From Paragordius varius (Eukaryota > Animalia > Nematomorpha): DNA of 64,000 nt. Of the stretch, positions 1 to 14,795 are shown piece by piece. Every line of letters starts with the position of its first letter. Within the stretch, counting starts at the first letter, position 1. Location of the stretch: the NCBI GenBank assembly GCA_964247055.1, contig OZ176052.1, forward strand, positions 3,162,001 to 3,226,000. The letters are read 5' to 3'. The position numbers were made by a program, and so were the translations under genes. The notes under the pieces were generated by a model that saw only the letters and a program-made list of their open reading frames with translations, was not told the origin of the DNA and made no database searches.

Positions 1-1
1 T

Positions 2-91
2 TATCCAAATCAACCACCTATGAATATGCCATATCAAGGATTTCCTATTCCTCCAAATGTACCCCAACCGACACAACCTTATTTTCATTAA
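2..91 (+). CDS. 3' end of a Pro/Gln-rich coding exon (gene starts left of the window)
   Basis: Frame from base 2 reads YPNQPPMNMPYQGFPIPPNVPQPTQPYFH* and is much more GC-rich than the flank. The family cannot be identified from 29 aa. Confidence 0.6.
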   Translation, partial: YPNQPPMNMPYQGFPIPPNVPQPTQPYFH

Positions 92-695
92 AAATTTAAG
101 CATAATTTTTTTTGGCTTTCGAAAAGCATGAATATATGTGATTATTCTTAATATATAATTAGTTTAAAGTATTTGATAATCAAGAAAATTGCCACGCTAT
201 ATATACACTTATACCCTTTCTTTATATATTTAATGCTATCTTCAAATGATTTAATTTATATATTACATATATATTATTAAAAAAATAAATTCCTTGCTTT
301 CAATATCCCTCACAATATTAAGAGACTTGATATGCCTCGTAGAACTAAATTGATAGCGATATGGGTGAATATAAAATTATAAACTATACTAAACAATAAA
401 AAATTTGGACAACCGGTTTTTTTTTTCCAATTTCTCCTAATTATTGCAAAAATACAACAAAATATAAATCACAATTTGTCACAGAAATAAACTGAAATAT
501 TTTAATACCATTATTTGTTATGTATGTTAAAACCAAAAATAATTAAATAATATGGCTTCATAAATACTATAAATCACATTTATTACATTGTATAAAGATT
601 GATTAAAAAAATATTTAAAAATAAACGGTAAAAACCATAAAATATTTTTCAAAATTAATATCATCATCATCATTATATCATATTAAGCAAAAAAT

Positions 696-3600
696 TTATG
701 GTGACAGGAACCCTGTTTCAAACAATTTCTTCAAGAAAAATTTGAGTTCAGCCAAACTGTTTTCGTCTTTGAGATTTAATTTTCGTAACGTTTCAGGATC
801 ACCATTTTCAATGTTTATGAGGAAATTCCTTAAATGATCCACATCATCCCTCATGAGATTAAAAGCTATAGCAAATTCCTGTATAGTTTTGCTTTCTAAA
901 AACGTAAAAATGCAAATTAATTTTATAAAGATATATATATATATATATACACCAAGAAAAAATATATATAATTTTTATATATTTTGTGTCTCAATATAAA
1001 TTTATAACTTGGTGTGGACAATAGGTAATAGATCATATTTTTACCAAAATAAAACAACCAAACATAGGAGATTAATTTAAATGATGCATTTATATTGACT
1101 TACTTACCATCTTTTAAAAAATAAACAACGACTTCGAAAATTTAAGACAAATTTTTATTAAAGTATAGGTTAATTTAATTAAGTCGAAAACTCCAAGAAG
1201 TTAAGACAAGAGACGGAATAAATATTATTAACAGGTTCCAGAACAAAGGATAGGGAAATGCATTATATTAATCCCAAACGTATGAGATATGGCTAACATA
1301 TATACACTGTGTGCAAAAAAATTTTAAACGAAAAAATTTTTTTTCATGAGATAGCTTATGACCAGCGTATTCATTTGCCGCAACAATTTTTATTTGTTGA
1401 CAACCTAGTTTTTGAGATATTGAGAGAAAATCGAAATCGGGCAAAAAGTGAAAATTAAGGATAATTAAGAATAATCCAAAAAATAATGATAAAATTTGAA
1501 ATATTATGGTTTATTATCATTTTAGGAGATATTTTCAATATATAAATAGCCTAAAATCATATAGTTTGGGTTTCTATAAAATTTCAGGTCAAAAGATGGC
1601 GTTTTTCTTTTATCACACTTAAAAGACAAAATTAATTTAATGAAACACTATTCAAATCTTAACATTCATATTTTATTCAGTAAAATATACTTCTATATCA
1701 AAATAAAACCAAATATTGTTTTTTATTTTTGCATTTTTTTGTCATCTGGTTTATGAGTGTATAAAAAATTTATACTGATTTATTTTGGATTCTCACATGA
1801 TTAGGAATTATTATGTATATAATTTATGCACAATAGGATTGATAATTAGTGGAATATCAACCAACAAATTGTACAAATCCCAATACAAATATTAATTTGT
1901 CATAAAACCGACTTGTTAGAGGAAATAGTAAGGATTTTTTGGTTGATATTCCACTACTATATTTTGCATAAATTATATACTTAATAATTCCTAATCATGT
2001 GAGAATCCAAAATAAAACAGTATAAATTTTTTATACACTCATAAACCAGATGACAAAAAATGCAAAAATAAAAAACAATATTTTTGGTTTTATTTTGATA
2101 TAGAAATTTATTTTACTGAATAAAATATGAATGTTAAGATTTTAATAGTGAGTTTAGGTAGTAAATAATTAAAAAAAATTATTTTAATATAGTTTCATTA
2201 ATTTATTTTGTCTTTTAAGTGTGACAAAAGAAAAACGCCATCTTTTGACCTGAAATTTAATAGAAACCCAAACTATATGATTTTAGGGTATTTATATATT
2301 GAAAATATCTCCTAAAATGATAATAAACCATAATATTTCAAATTTTATCATTATTTTTTGAATTATCCTTAATTATCCTTAATTTTCACTTTTTGCCCGA
2401 TTTTGATTTTCTCTCAATATCTCAAAAACTAGGTTGTCAACAAATAAAAATTTTTGCGGCAAATGAATACGCTGGTCATAAGCTATCTCATGAAAAAAAT
2501 TTTTTTACTTAAATCAAAACGACCCTCTTTTTTACACAGTGTATATATATATATGTATACATATATGTATATCAAGACCAGATGCTTATAAATCATTCCT
2601 CATTTAATAGAATCAACATTTCTATCATCTAAAAAAAATTTAATTTTAGCTAACCGAGTGTTTTCTGTGCAAAAGAATGTGTTAGCAATGTGTTAAATTA
2701 ATTTAGGTGGTAGTTTTGGGGTATCGAATTGTAAAGGGTGTTTTTATGAAATAAAATTTTATTTGTTTATTATTAAAAGTTAGTTTTTAAAAATATGATT
2801 TAAAACACAACAAATCGTTTGTTCAAAAAAGCATTTTTTTTAATATAAATTTTTTATCGCACATTTGCGGTTTGTGCGCTGGAAATCGAAGTGGGACTAT
2901 TTAAATCTCGACTAAACGTTTGAAAGCCTATATATTTAAGATCCAAACAAATTTTGCTAAATTTTGAAATATATTTATTACATATGATAAAATAATTTTA
3001 ATTACATTTTCCCTCTATCAATAAAAATTATTTATATTTTTCGCATATGCGATTGGAATTTAATAAAACAAAATAAAGTTTATTAAAAATAGCACCATAT
3101 CACTCCTGAGGCTTTTAAAAGTTATCCAGCATTTTTCGTGTTACACTGTAATGCTATGATAATTCTCTGCTTTTTTAACTAAATAAAACTTGTAATAATT
3201 TACCCGACAGAGCAACGGCCAACTCTTCTATCCCTATCATGGGTTTCAATTTTTCCACAGTTTTTTCACCAAAGAGTTGTGCTAAAAAGTTATTACCATT
3301 TTCTCGAATCATTTTTCGTAAAAACATATCTATATCATCCACTGGTGGTCGTTTAGCTGTTTAGGGGATACAAACAAAATTATTAATATATAGCAATATA
3401 CTTTTTTCGCATATTACAATATATAAAAAAGAATGCCAAAAACATAATTATGTTTTAAACATATTTGTATTCAAATAATGTCTATAAATCGGTATTTCAC
3501 AGGCCCCTTAAAATAATTTTTCATAGTGCCGTCGACAACGTATATTAATACCATATACTTGGTTGTTAAACATAATAAGCGAAATCCGTCTTTTCATCAT

Positions 3601-6600
3601 ATCAGCTTTAAATTTATACATAATATTGTGTACAATATGTATCGCTAATGTAATTTTACTTGATAAAATTTTGATATCTTTTTTAAAAATCTGTCACCAG
3701 AAAAAATTAATTTAAGGCCTCATGCAGCCTGTGGGCAGCGGTTTGAGTACCAATTGGCATATATCTTTGAAAAATATAGTTTTTTAAGAAGATTACGCTT
3801 CTGCAATAGTCAACAAGTGGTTTTACTTAAAATTCTAATTTCATATTTTATCGTATTATTGAGTTAAACAGTAATTTTTAAAATGTTAGTAAAATAAAAG
3901 TAAAGAGAATTGAAATTTATTTAATCAGGAGATATATCGTATCGTCATCATATTTAGCCGAACAATGGGAGGCAAATATATTATTTAAATTAACTTAAAT
4001 ATTTTTTGAATAAAATGTATTATATTTTTTGCAATATAGACGGCCTACCGTCGATTTTCCCAATAATAGCAGATTCATTTATGAAAAGTTTTGAAAGCAA
4101 TAAACAATTGCAACTTAGTTTAAAGTAAAATTAATGCTCCATATATGGTCGATATGTTTATTATTTGATAATGATAATGATTGAGCTAAATTAATTTTTT
4201 AGATATAATAATTTACCATCTTTTAGGAAAGAAATGATGCTAAGACAATTAAAAACGAAATTGGGCTATAATTTTATTAAAAACTAACGAAATTTGTATT
4301 TACAAAGTAAACATTAGGATTAATCACATAAGCGTTTTTATCGAAATATTTAAATTAACGAAGATCATGGAATGGCATATTCGAAACTTTGATATTCAAT
4401 GTCTACTCCCTAAATATCTTTTAGGTATTTTTTAAACAAGTTTACATAATACTATCGATCAAATCGCTCATAAAATATTTGTTGGAAAAAAAAATTAAAA
4501 CTTTAAGATTCTTTTTATCTAATAATGAAAATTGTATTACAGAGGTGCGTAATTTTCTTACCAACGATTTTATATCGGTAAAACCACGAGGCCTACGCCT
4601 CAGTAAGCATAACGGTAGTCTAAGAATAAAGTTTTAAAGCTGTATCGCGGAGTATTCTTATATCCATTAATAGTTTAAGGAGGTATTATGATTACAAAAA
4701 TTAGGTGAACCGCAGGAGAATCACAAAGGAGCTGGTTGCTAAAACTCATATTATTTTAAATTTCATTCCCTAAAATGCAGAGTAACTCCAATTTTTCGCT
4801 TTTTGAAGCTGGATTAATTATCATCTAAATTTTACATGCTACGTTGTATATTAATACAAGACATTTCATGATGAGATGTGATGAGTAACAACGTTTTTAA
4901 AAAATTAAAAAATATTTTAAAAATATAATTTCATTAATCCTATGATTGTCAAGTTTTTTTATTTCCTAATGAAAAATATTTTTGACAAATTGGCTATGAA
5001 ACAACCATCATATAGCTATTTCAGAGCACATTCATTGCCAGTTATAAATGGTATCCTAGATTAGATTTAGTAATTGAATTACGCAATTATATTTGGTTAA
5101 AATGTCAACACTTTTCCAAATGACATTCATAATTATTATACAAGAAATTGTCACTAAATTTGAGATGGCTTAACAAAAGAATTTTTCCTCTCATATACCA
5201 AACTATTGTTTTATGGGAGTCTGATATGTTCCTAGGTGGACTATAAGAAATTTTAGTTTGATTGTAAAAGTATTAATTTGTCATCCTTTACAACTATTTT
5301 ATATCAAATAATTCTTTTATCACCCATTTTTTACCTAATATATTATGATAATATGGTCATTTAAATTTTTAATAAATATGCAAATTTTAGTGAAAAGCTA
5401 ATTGCATGGCAAATCACCGATGCACCATATAAATGATTTATAGCAGTGGTACTCACCAAAAAAATTTAACGGGCCAAATAAAATATATATTTTTTTCGAG
5501 GGCCATCATGAACCTTATAATGAAAAATACTCCATACTATTTTACAAAATGCACATATTTATACTCTACATCAGCACAAAGAATTTTGTGCTGATTACAT
5601 GTAAATCCAGCTAAAAACTCGTTTTGCACCGTTTAGTTCAAATTAACAACATTTATTTTGATATTAATCAATAATTTTTGACTAATTTGTTTCGCCTCAT
5701 GACAGGCCACTTAATACGTCGTCCATATGATCATCGGTTAAGCGATTTCTGCATGTATTCTTGACATATTTCATTTTTGAATATGCCGTCTCACGCGTGT
5801 AAGTTGAGGGAAACATTTAAAATGACTTGAGCACATTTTTTTTATTAGGCACATCTAGCCAAAACTCTACATATCTTCTTCCCTACGAATCTCCTTGAGT
5901 ATAGCCTCCAAATTGGCATTTTTAAAATCTACGAATTCTTTAATGATATGCGCCTGATCAAAACCAAAATACTATTGGATATATTCATATGCCATGGATT
6001 TTCAACGAGTTTTAAGCAATTTATAATATTTATTAATTCTTGAAATCTAATTTCATCTCATTAGATAAAAATGTTAAATGATTGTCTATAATTAAATTAA
6101 TCTCCGCGGTAAATCCACATTTACATGAATCGTTTTAAGTGTTGGAAAATATAGGAATGTTTTAATTATAAAATCTTGTTTATATATTATTATTTTCTCT
6201 TCAAAAGCAAATAATTTAGAAAAATTGGGTTATTATTTTGCTCCCTTGAAAACTTATATCAAAAATTCTAAGATTATAAGTAATGTGGCAAAGGTAGGCT
6301 AAAAACACCCACTATTTGTCACAATTAATTTCCTCGTCAAACTTTCTGTTATCTTTTATAAATAATAGAATTTCTTGTCTTAAAAAAATCTATTTAATAC
6401 TTTGCTAAGATTTAACCATCTCACAGCCGAGTACAAAAGAATATCATCAAATTCACTGTGGATATCTTTCAGAAGGTTTTTGAATTTATGATGATTGAAT
6501 TCTCTGCCATGGATGTAGTTAACTATATCCACAACCGTTTTAATTATTGTGATTCATCTTTTACACACAAAACCAAGCTTTGCTGATGAAAGCAGTTAAA

Positions 6601-8427
6601 GGATAAATATTTTGCAAATTATATTTGTTTTTTAAAAGAGGAATAAATCCGTTGTTTATTCCAATCATAAAGGGACAGCCAGTGCATCAAAACCAATTTT
6701 TTCATAGTTATCCAAAAAAATTATTATTTCGAGAAAATCACATCCTTTTGTGGTATTATTCATTGGTAAAATTTAAATATTCATCTTTGATTATGTCGTT
6801 GTAAAATCCTTACGAAGAGCGCAAGTTGAGGTGTTGAACTAATATCAGTGCTAGAATCAATAGCAATACTTGTAGTTTTTCAGAGCCAATAATGTATTGT
6901 TAAAAATATATTAGCCATATTTTCATATCGTCGGGCACATGTTGAATCATAAAGGTTTTTTAATTTGTCTCATAATTTTATTATGGAATTTATCAAATAA
7001 AAAAGGCAACCATTTATTAGACATTCTTTTATTAGTTGGAATCAGTAAACGGTTTCATATTTTTCCTAAAATATAGCATACGAAGCTAATATTACAGATT
7101 TTTCCTGGCTAAAGATATGGATATAATAGATTTTTCCTTTTGGTATAATTCTTAATTTTTTTTCCGTTTCTTTTCTCATAATTTTCTGGTAATTTATAAG
7201 AATGATGGATTTTAAAATGTCTTTCAATACTATATTTTTTATAATTATGCTGTCCTTACATAACGGCAGGTAACAATAATATTATTTTAAACGACAATTT
7301 CTTTCCAATCTTTTTTAAAGGAGAGATTTTCATCGGATAATTTTGCGTTTTTTAGCATTAGATGTCATCCTTTGAATTTATGTTTAAATATTATGTAATT
7401 TTTTTTAAAAAATAGGAATATAATTTGAATTCATGCTATAAAAAACAGGTCGAAATATAATGATGTTGATTTGAAAAATATTTTATGGGAATGAGTTATA
7501 AAAAATGATGCAGGATAGCAACGAAAAGAATATGTATATGCACGTTTGGGTGAAAGGCTTGTTAAAATACAAAAAAATGCAATTAAAATTTCAGAATAGA
7601 AAAAAATAGAATACAGAAAAATTCATCAATCAAGAAAATAATTTAAGTATCAATATGGTCATAGGGCAATTTTAAAGCACTCTTAGGGCCGCATGCGGCC
7701 CGCGGGCCGCGGTTTGAGTACCACTGATTTATAGCATAGCGTTTAAATTATAAATGATAAAAAATATAAATAATAAACATTATACTAGAGCTGTGAATGA
7801 ATTTTTCATTCAATAGCATCTTCAATATACATTAAGAATAGGGTATAAGATAAGTTAGAAATATGTGTGGCGCATCGTAAATAATTGCAAATCTCCTTTT
7901 TTACCGAAGAAGTCAATTTTTCCACTAGATTTTATTCTTTTGTGCAGCATATGGATTATTACAGCCACAAAATTAGTTTAAACATGATTTGTGGGCGGTT
8001 TTAGCCCAAACCACGTCTAATTAAACCGATTTGTTTTATCGTTAAACCGGGTGAGACTTGAGTTATTTGATAAAACTAAGAAGCTTATGAATTTTATATT
8101 AAGGATTGTAAGTTTTGTTTAAAAAGATTATGCTCATCCTGTGCGGACACGCTAAAAATTAATGGTCAATTTGTGGGTTAGTTATTTGGTAATCCCAAAA
8201 CATATCATATACGGCACACAAACCCTTGTACTTTTACACCAAGTGGAAGGCTTTATGTTAAATGAAAACCAGGGCGGTCGAATTTTAGATCGTATTTTAC
8301 ATTAAAAATTATGCGAATTTTTTTATTGTACATATTCTATGGAAACACATGACAAAAACTAACCAAATAATTATTTTTTCCTAAATACAGCCGTAAAATA
8401 TATGTAATCACACATAAAAAACCTAAT

Positions 8428-8467
<40 letters not shown>

Positions 8468-11400
8468 CACTTTCAATAAATAAATTATCAAGTCTGCGAT
8501 TCGCACGCTGACGACTTAACTGCCGTGTGTTAAAACATACATATATATTTACCCTTTTACGCCACTGATATGATAATAGTCGGGATATAAGAATAATTGT
8601 TCAATTTAAATCGAAAAATATTACTTAATCCATTTTTCATCATTTAGATAATAGATATACCATTTACAGTTCAAATTCACCCTTGAACAATTCAAATATA
8701 CCCTAAAATAAATTAAGTGTTTTTTAAGATTAAAAATTACTAATATTTTTTATATATTTTAAAAAATAAAATTAAATAATAATGTAAAAATAATAAACTA
8801 TGCTATTAAGATATATTTCATATTAATGATGGGTTATATTAGCCCGAATACACATAATTTTATTATTAGGGTGAATTTGAATTGTTCGAGAGTGAAAATA
8901 AATTGTAAATGGTATATTAAAACCGTCATTTTTTAATAATCTCAAATTAAAAGTAATTTTTAATTTATATATTAAAACTTTTTTTAGAATCATGTCCTAA
9001 AACTTTCATAGGAGCCGTCTAATTATATTTATAAGTTTTGAAACAAAAAATAAAAAACAAACCAGCAGTACAAAGCTTTGAGTTTTCGTCATATCCATCA
9101 GGACAATCGGGATTCTCGTCGCACAGGTATTGAAGTGGCAGACATTTGTCCGAATCCGGACACAAAAAGGGTTGAGAAGCCAAACATTTAAATTCTACCA
9201 TGAAATATTAGTTAATTTACATGAATTCATTTATATACCAAATAAAAATATTTTTAATCATTGGTTTTTTATTGTTTTGAGATTTCTACATAAATGACGA
9301 TAAAACTTTCTAGGAAATAAAACAAAGAATTGAGATAGGACATTCTTAATGCCCTGGTCATAAGGAATGGCATTGTCAACGATTCAACCTTAAAGTAAAT
9401 AAAGATTGATCAATAGTCTAAACATCAATATTTTTGTATGGTTCTGACAAATGGGTCATAATGTCTGCAGGTGAAAAAGTTTTATACGCTTCGAGTAAAT
9501 TATCGAATTAAATGTTCAAAGAAAAAGCTATGGATATTCAAATTAAAAGAGAAACTATTCAACATAACTAATACAGATAAAAAATGGTCTTTTTATGGGC
9601 ATGTTTATTAGAATAAATGGATGTGAAAAAGGTGTTATTAGCAACTTTGGAATTTAAACAAGAAAAGATGGGAGTATTATAGCCATTAATCCTCAATCTA
9701 AAAAAATTAAAAGAACTGTCTAACGGCAATTAATGGCGACGATTATTATCAGAACGGGAATCAATCAATTATTCACTATATTCTTTTCCTATTGATATTA
9801 TGGCACGATTTGATATTTCTGCGCTTAGCCTAATAACCAAATATATTTATGGATCGTTTGCCATTTTAAAGAAGTATTTTAGGATTATGTCATTTAAATA
9901 TATAATAAAAACATACTTATTAATAATGATATTATTGACAAATTTGAGGCATTATGGTAAACGTCTTATATGGCCTCGACTTTTTACAAGCTTTTTGAAA
10001 TAAAGATCGCCACATACTAATAGGTTTATGCTAATCAGATTTAATAAATTCTTAATTTTAAGTTATAATAAGATTCCATCAACTCACTAGATTGTGGGTA
10101 TTTTGAGTATTTTTTCATTTTAAATTATTACAAATAAAGATAACAGGCCAATTTTCAGAAATTAAATGAAATGGGTAGCAGGTGTACTATACATATTTTA
10201 AATTATAATTTTAAGTATAGATTCTATTTATCAAATTTAATTTTAAGTAAATTAAAACGCAATCAAAAATTTAAAAATGGTATTAGTTGTGAGCCTTTAT
10301 TTAAATACGCGTTAAATTAAAAATTAGTTTTGATCTTAAAAAATAACTTTTTAACTAATATCATACATACCCTTTCCCGCCTTTTTCAAGATTCTAGAAT
10401 AAAATGGTTGATACACAGAATATTCGAATGTAGATTTCGCACAAATCAAAAGGCATAATACCAAAAAGTAACTCATCATCATCTTAATATATCTTTCCAA
10501 CTTAAATTATAAAAATAAATTATATTACGATTTCCAGTTGAAATTATACGTTGATTTGTGTTACAGAGATAGTATATTTACGCTTAATATATATTATTTA
10601 TCGCCATTAAGTCTAAAAATTCGTTACTAAATTATAAATAAATAAAGGTAAAAAATGGTGTTGGAATTTTTTTTCCGATATAATTTTGGACACAACGCAC
10701 GTTAATACACGGAAATGTATAGAAATATATATATATATAATCCATTTGTCACGATAATACTTTAACATATATCTTTTTTAATGGACATAGACCACCAATC
10801 TCAATAAGGTAAAACTAAAAAAGCTTATAAATACTGTTTATAACTATAATTATAATTACTATAGAAAAAGAGTTTAGGAAAAGCGGTTCCTAGTTAGTAC
10901 ACTAAAACCATTATTTAATTATTTACCTTTGGACATACGTGCGTGCTTATGAACGATCGAGAAAGCAAAATATTGCATTCAATATTTTCAGAGTGAAAAT
11001 GCCGAAAGAGCACTTAAAAAATTTATATAAATTATGCTAATAAAGTTAAAATATTAATGAAAACTATGAATAAGGGTAATACCTTTTTAACTTATGTATT
11101 ATTCAAAACGAAAACGGTTCAAAAATCAAATCGAATCGACACTAATGCTATTTATGTTTTGATAAATTGTTCATCCATTTGACAATGCAATTTCATTGTC
11201 AACGTCAAATTTTTATAGATTATATAGTTACTAAACTACACATCCTTTAAAATATTACTAAATTTTTGGGTGTTTATATTTAACTTTTTACCAAATTTCC
11301 ATTTCGATTTGGTTAATTTGTGATATATTGAAATAAAAACCTATAGGTATTATAGTATTTTATTTTCTTTCACACTTCCATCGCAAAATGTAGTTTGCTA

Positions 11401-14400
11401 TTTTTGAGGCAATTAAGAGTTAAATAATAACCAGTTAGTTAAAACTATTTAACACCAAGTTTAAAATATTACCACAAAGTTTTATTTATTTAACAATGAT
11501 GAGGAGGAAAACTTTTTTAAACTTTGCTTTATAAGTTAATGGTTCAGGAAGAGGATAAATTGCAATTAAAAGCTAATGTTGGAGTAATGGTTTTGACCAT
11601 AAATATAAATTTGCAATTAAACTGTCATCATTTTTTATTTTTTTGTGTTTGGTTAAAAATTTCAGGTTAGTTTTTAGGCAATTGAAACAGAACTAATTTA
11701 GTGTTAAAAAATTTACACCAAATGAGGTTTAACCTAAATTACAATCAAACATATAATAATTTTTTCAGGAACTTTCCTGTTTCATATTTTCTAAATTTTA
11801 TTAATGGACTATTTATAAGCTGTTCCATTTTTGTATGTTCACGATATTAATTAGTTTTTTTACTAAAAACTTAATTAGGTTCCGTTTAAGGGGGAATTAT
11901 TTGTAGCCGAGGATAGCTGTACTAGATTAAATTTTGTAAAACACTTAATGTTACAGGAAGAATTTTTAATTCTTTGATTGGCAAATAATTTTTGTTTAAT
12001 TCAACAGTTTATAATAATTAAAACATTTAAACGTCTCAAAACAGATTTACTTAACAAGGTCAACACGACTTATTGTTCTAAACCATTACCTTATATATCA
12101 GCAAATATTTAATTTATACCCATTTAAGAACTTAATAATTTTATGTTGCTTACAAAAGGTTACAATTTGATTTTAGGGGGTTAAAGTCAAAATTAAATTA
12201 AATCTCGATTTACATACTAAAAAAAGGTTAATACATCTTCTATTAAATTTTAAAATTTAGGATTTTAGAGTATTTGCGCTGTAAGCTTTTTAATTATTTT
12301 TTAAACATATTTAACACAGTGCACCAATATCTTAAAATATGTATTTTTTACGTAAAGTTTTCGGATTCTCATACACCTTTTTTGGGTACGAATGATAAAA
12401 GAATTATATTCATTTTTGTGGCAATTCAATACGAAAAATCGCATTGTTCACATAATGTTAAATAAAATTTTTTTGGTAAAAGGTAAATGCTTCATTCCAA
12501 AAAATATTACCAAAATATATCACATACTATAAAAAAGCCAAACTACATTTTTATACTTTTAATTTTAGATGAAGCCTTTCAAGCTCTCAAATTTTAGGCC
12601 TCTCCAAAATGGTCTAGTTTTTAAAATTAACCCAAAAAACCGGCATCTTGGCATAAGAATGTTAAATATGTGTTGGATCAGTGGTTTCCAAAGCATTGGG
12701 AAGTTATCATTGTAGAATCTTAAATTCACACATATATCCAATTATTTTTCCTTTTACTGGTTTTTATTATACTATATAAAAATAAAATAGCGTTAAAAGC
12801 TAAAAATACAAATGGAAAGCATTATAAGAATGATTTAAATGTAAAGATTTATGTAATACATTACATATTTTAATTTCTTTCCGCCCATTCCTCGCTTTTA
12901 TACAAATACACACTTGTAATTTTTAGTTATTAGTATTCATTTCCATTATTATTTAATATATTGCATTATGAAAACAAGACAAAATCATAAAGAATATTTT
13001 TTAGCTCAATAATAAAACTATAAACAGGAAAGATAATCTAAATCTCATGAAAATTAACAAGATTTGTCCCCCGATATGGAGAAAATATATCAACGATCGC
13101 AAATACAGATTTTAATAGATATTTTATAAAAAACATATGTTATATTGAACTCATATTTAATAATCATCATAAAATTCTGAGGTTAAATTGTTCAGGGTCA
13201 TTGAACTGTATTGAAAAAATGTTTTTATAATATTTTAAATGTTTTTTTACTCACAAATCTCTTAATTACCATATAAAATGGTTCATTAAAATTTTGATAA
13301 AATTTTATTTTTCAGGGTTTGTTAAAATTTTCTGGTGATGTCGTCTACCTCATATCGAAATTTCGGCGTTCTACTTTAAAAAAGTATCCGGGAGCTTACA
13401 TTCAAATTTAAACATTTTATAAAAATATTGTTTTGCTTTTTATATATAGTTAATGATCTGTTAGTGATATTTTTCAATGAAACATTTAACTTTTACTATA
13501 AAAATTTTATTTATCAGAATGTGCACCCCTTTAGCGATTTTTTCATATGGAGCAATCATCACAAAAATGTAAATATATTTATATATTACTCGTATTAAAA
13601 CCAAAAACACCATGAGATCCAGATACATTTAACTATCAGAATATAATTTTGTGCGCAGTGTACATAGTAGAAATTGGAAAACCGTTTTCGGTTTCTAGAG
13701 TTTTTCGAATAAAAATGGTTGGAATTTTGACTTAATTATATTTGGAATTACTGATATGTTAGTTCAATATTTTTGCAAAAGAATGTGATTAATCGTGGCA
13801 AAAATATATGCCACTATTGCATGCTAATTTTGACTATTAACTTAAAAGAATTATTCACATTCAATAATTTTCAGAAAATAATATTAAAATATAGATCAGT
13901 AATACTGACCAAAAAATTTATAAGGGCCGAATTTTTTATCTTGTTTTCAGGGGCCTTGCACCAACCATATAATACCGATCGAAATTTCAGAGCTGTTGAC
14001 ACATTTGCACAAATAATTATACTCATGAGTACATCAATAAATTTATTAAATAATTCAGGGCCATAAAAAGGCACTCTTAGGGCCGTGGTTTAAGTACCGC
14101 TGATATAGATTATGTCGAAAATTAAATATTTTTTTTTTCGTCGTTTATTAAAAAGGCTATGGTTTTGGTTCGGATCATAAGCATATGGAGTTAATCATAG
14201 TAATCATTTGATTTTAAATTAACATCTTGTCCGCACATTAGCGGCACTCTTTAATTTATTTAGGTCAAACATATATATATTTTTTAGCTTTGAATTTCCT
14301 AAAATCACTACAAAACTATAATAAATAATATTTTGTTGGAATATCAATTCATTTTAGAAATTTAATTTTTAAAACCCAATGTGCGACATTTTTCGAGTTT

Positions 14401-14752
14401 AGATAATGGTAAAAAGCAGAAATTATCGAAGCTTTTAGTTATCCAATGATAACTATTAGGATAAGTAGCCCATATCTTTTGCATATTTGTTTGATCAACT
14501 TTATCCCTATATAAGGTAATATTTGCTGAGTAAACTTACGTAAAATTGTTTATAGCTTTATAGGAATTAGGGATGACTTGATATTCTTTCTTTGCACAAG
14601 ATGCTTTTAGGATTTATTTTCTAGGTTATTTTTTGTATTTGCAAAATTTATTCTAACTTTCGATACATGCAAAAATGTATATAAATAAAAAATATATTTA
14701 TATTGATTCCAGATATAAAAATTTTCCAAATGACATAAAATCGCTTGAAATG

Positions 14753-14795
<43 letters not shown>

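Noticed and set aside
8505-8545. CTGACGA followed by a short hairpin, resembling a third hammerhead
   Set aside because: The required GAAA and stem III/UH are missing.
12679-14102. Possible complete hAT from CAGTGGTTTCC (12679) to 14102
   Set aside because: Flanking 8-mers (TGTTGGAT and ATATAGAT) do not match and the TIR match is poor; only the right end is kept.
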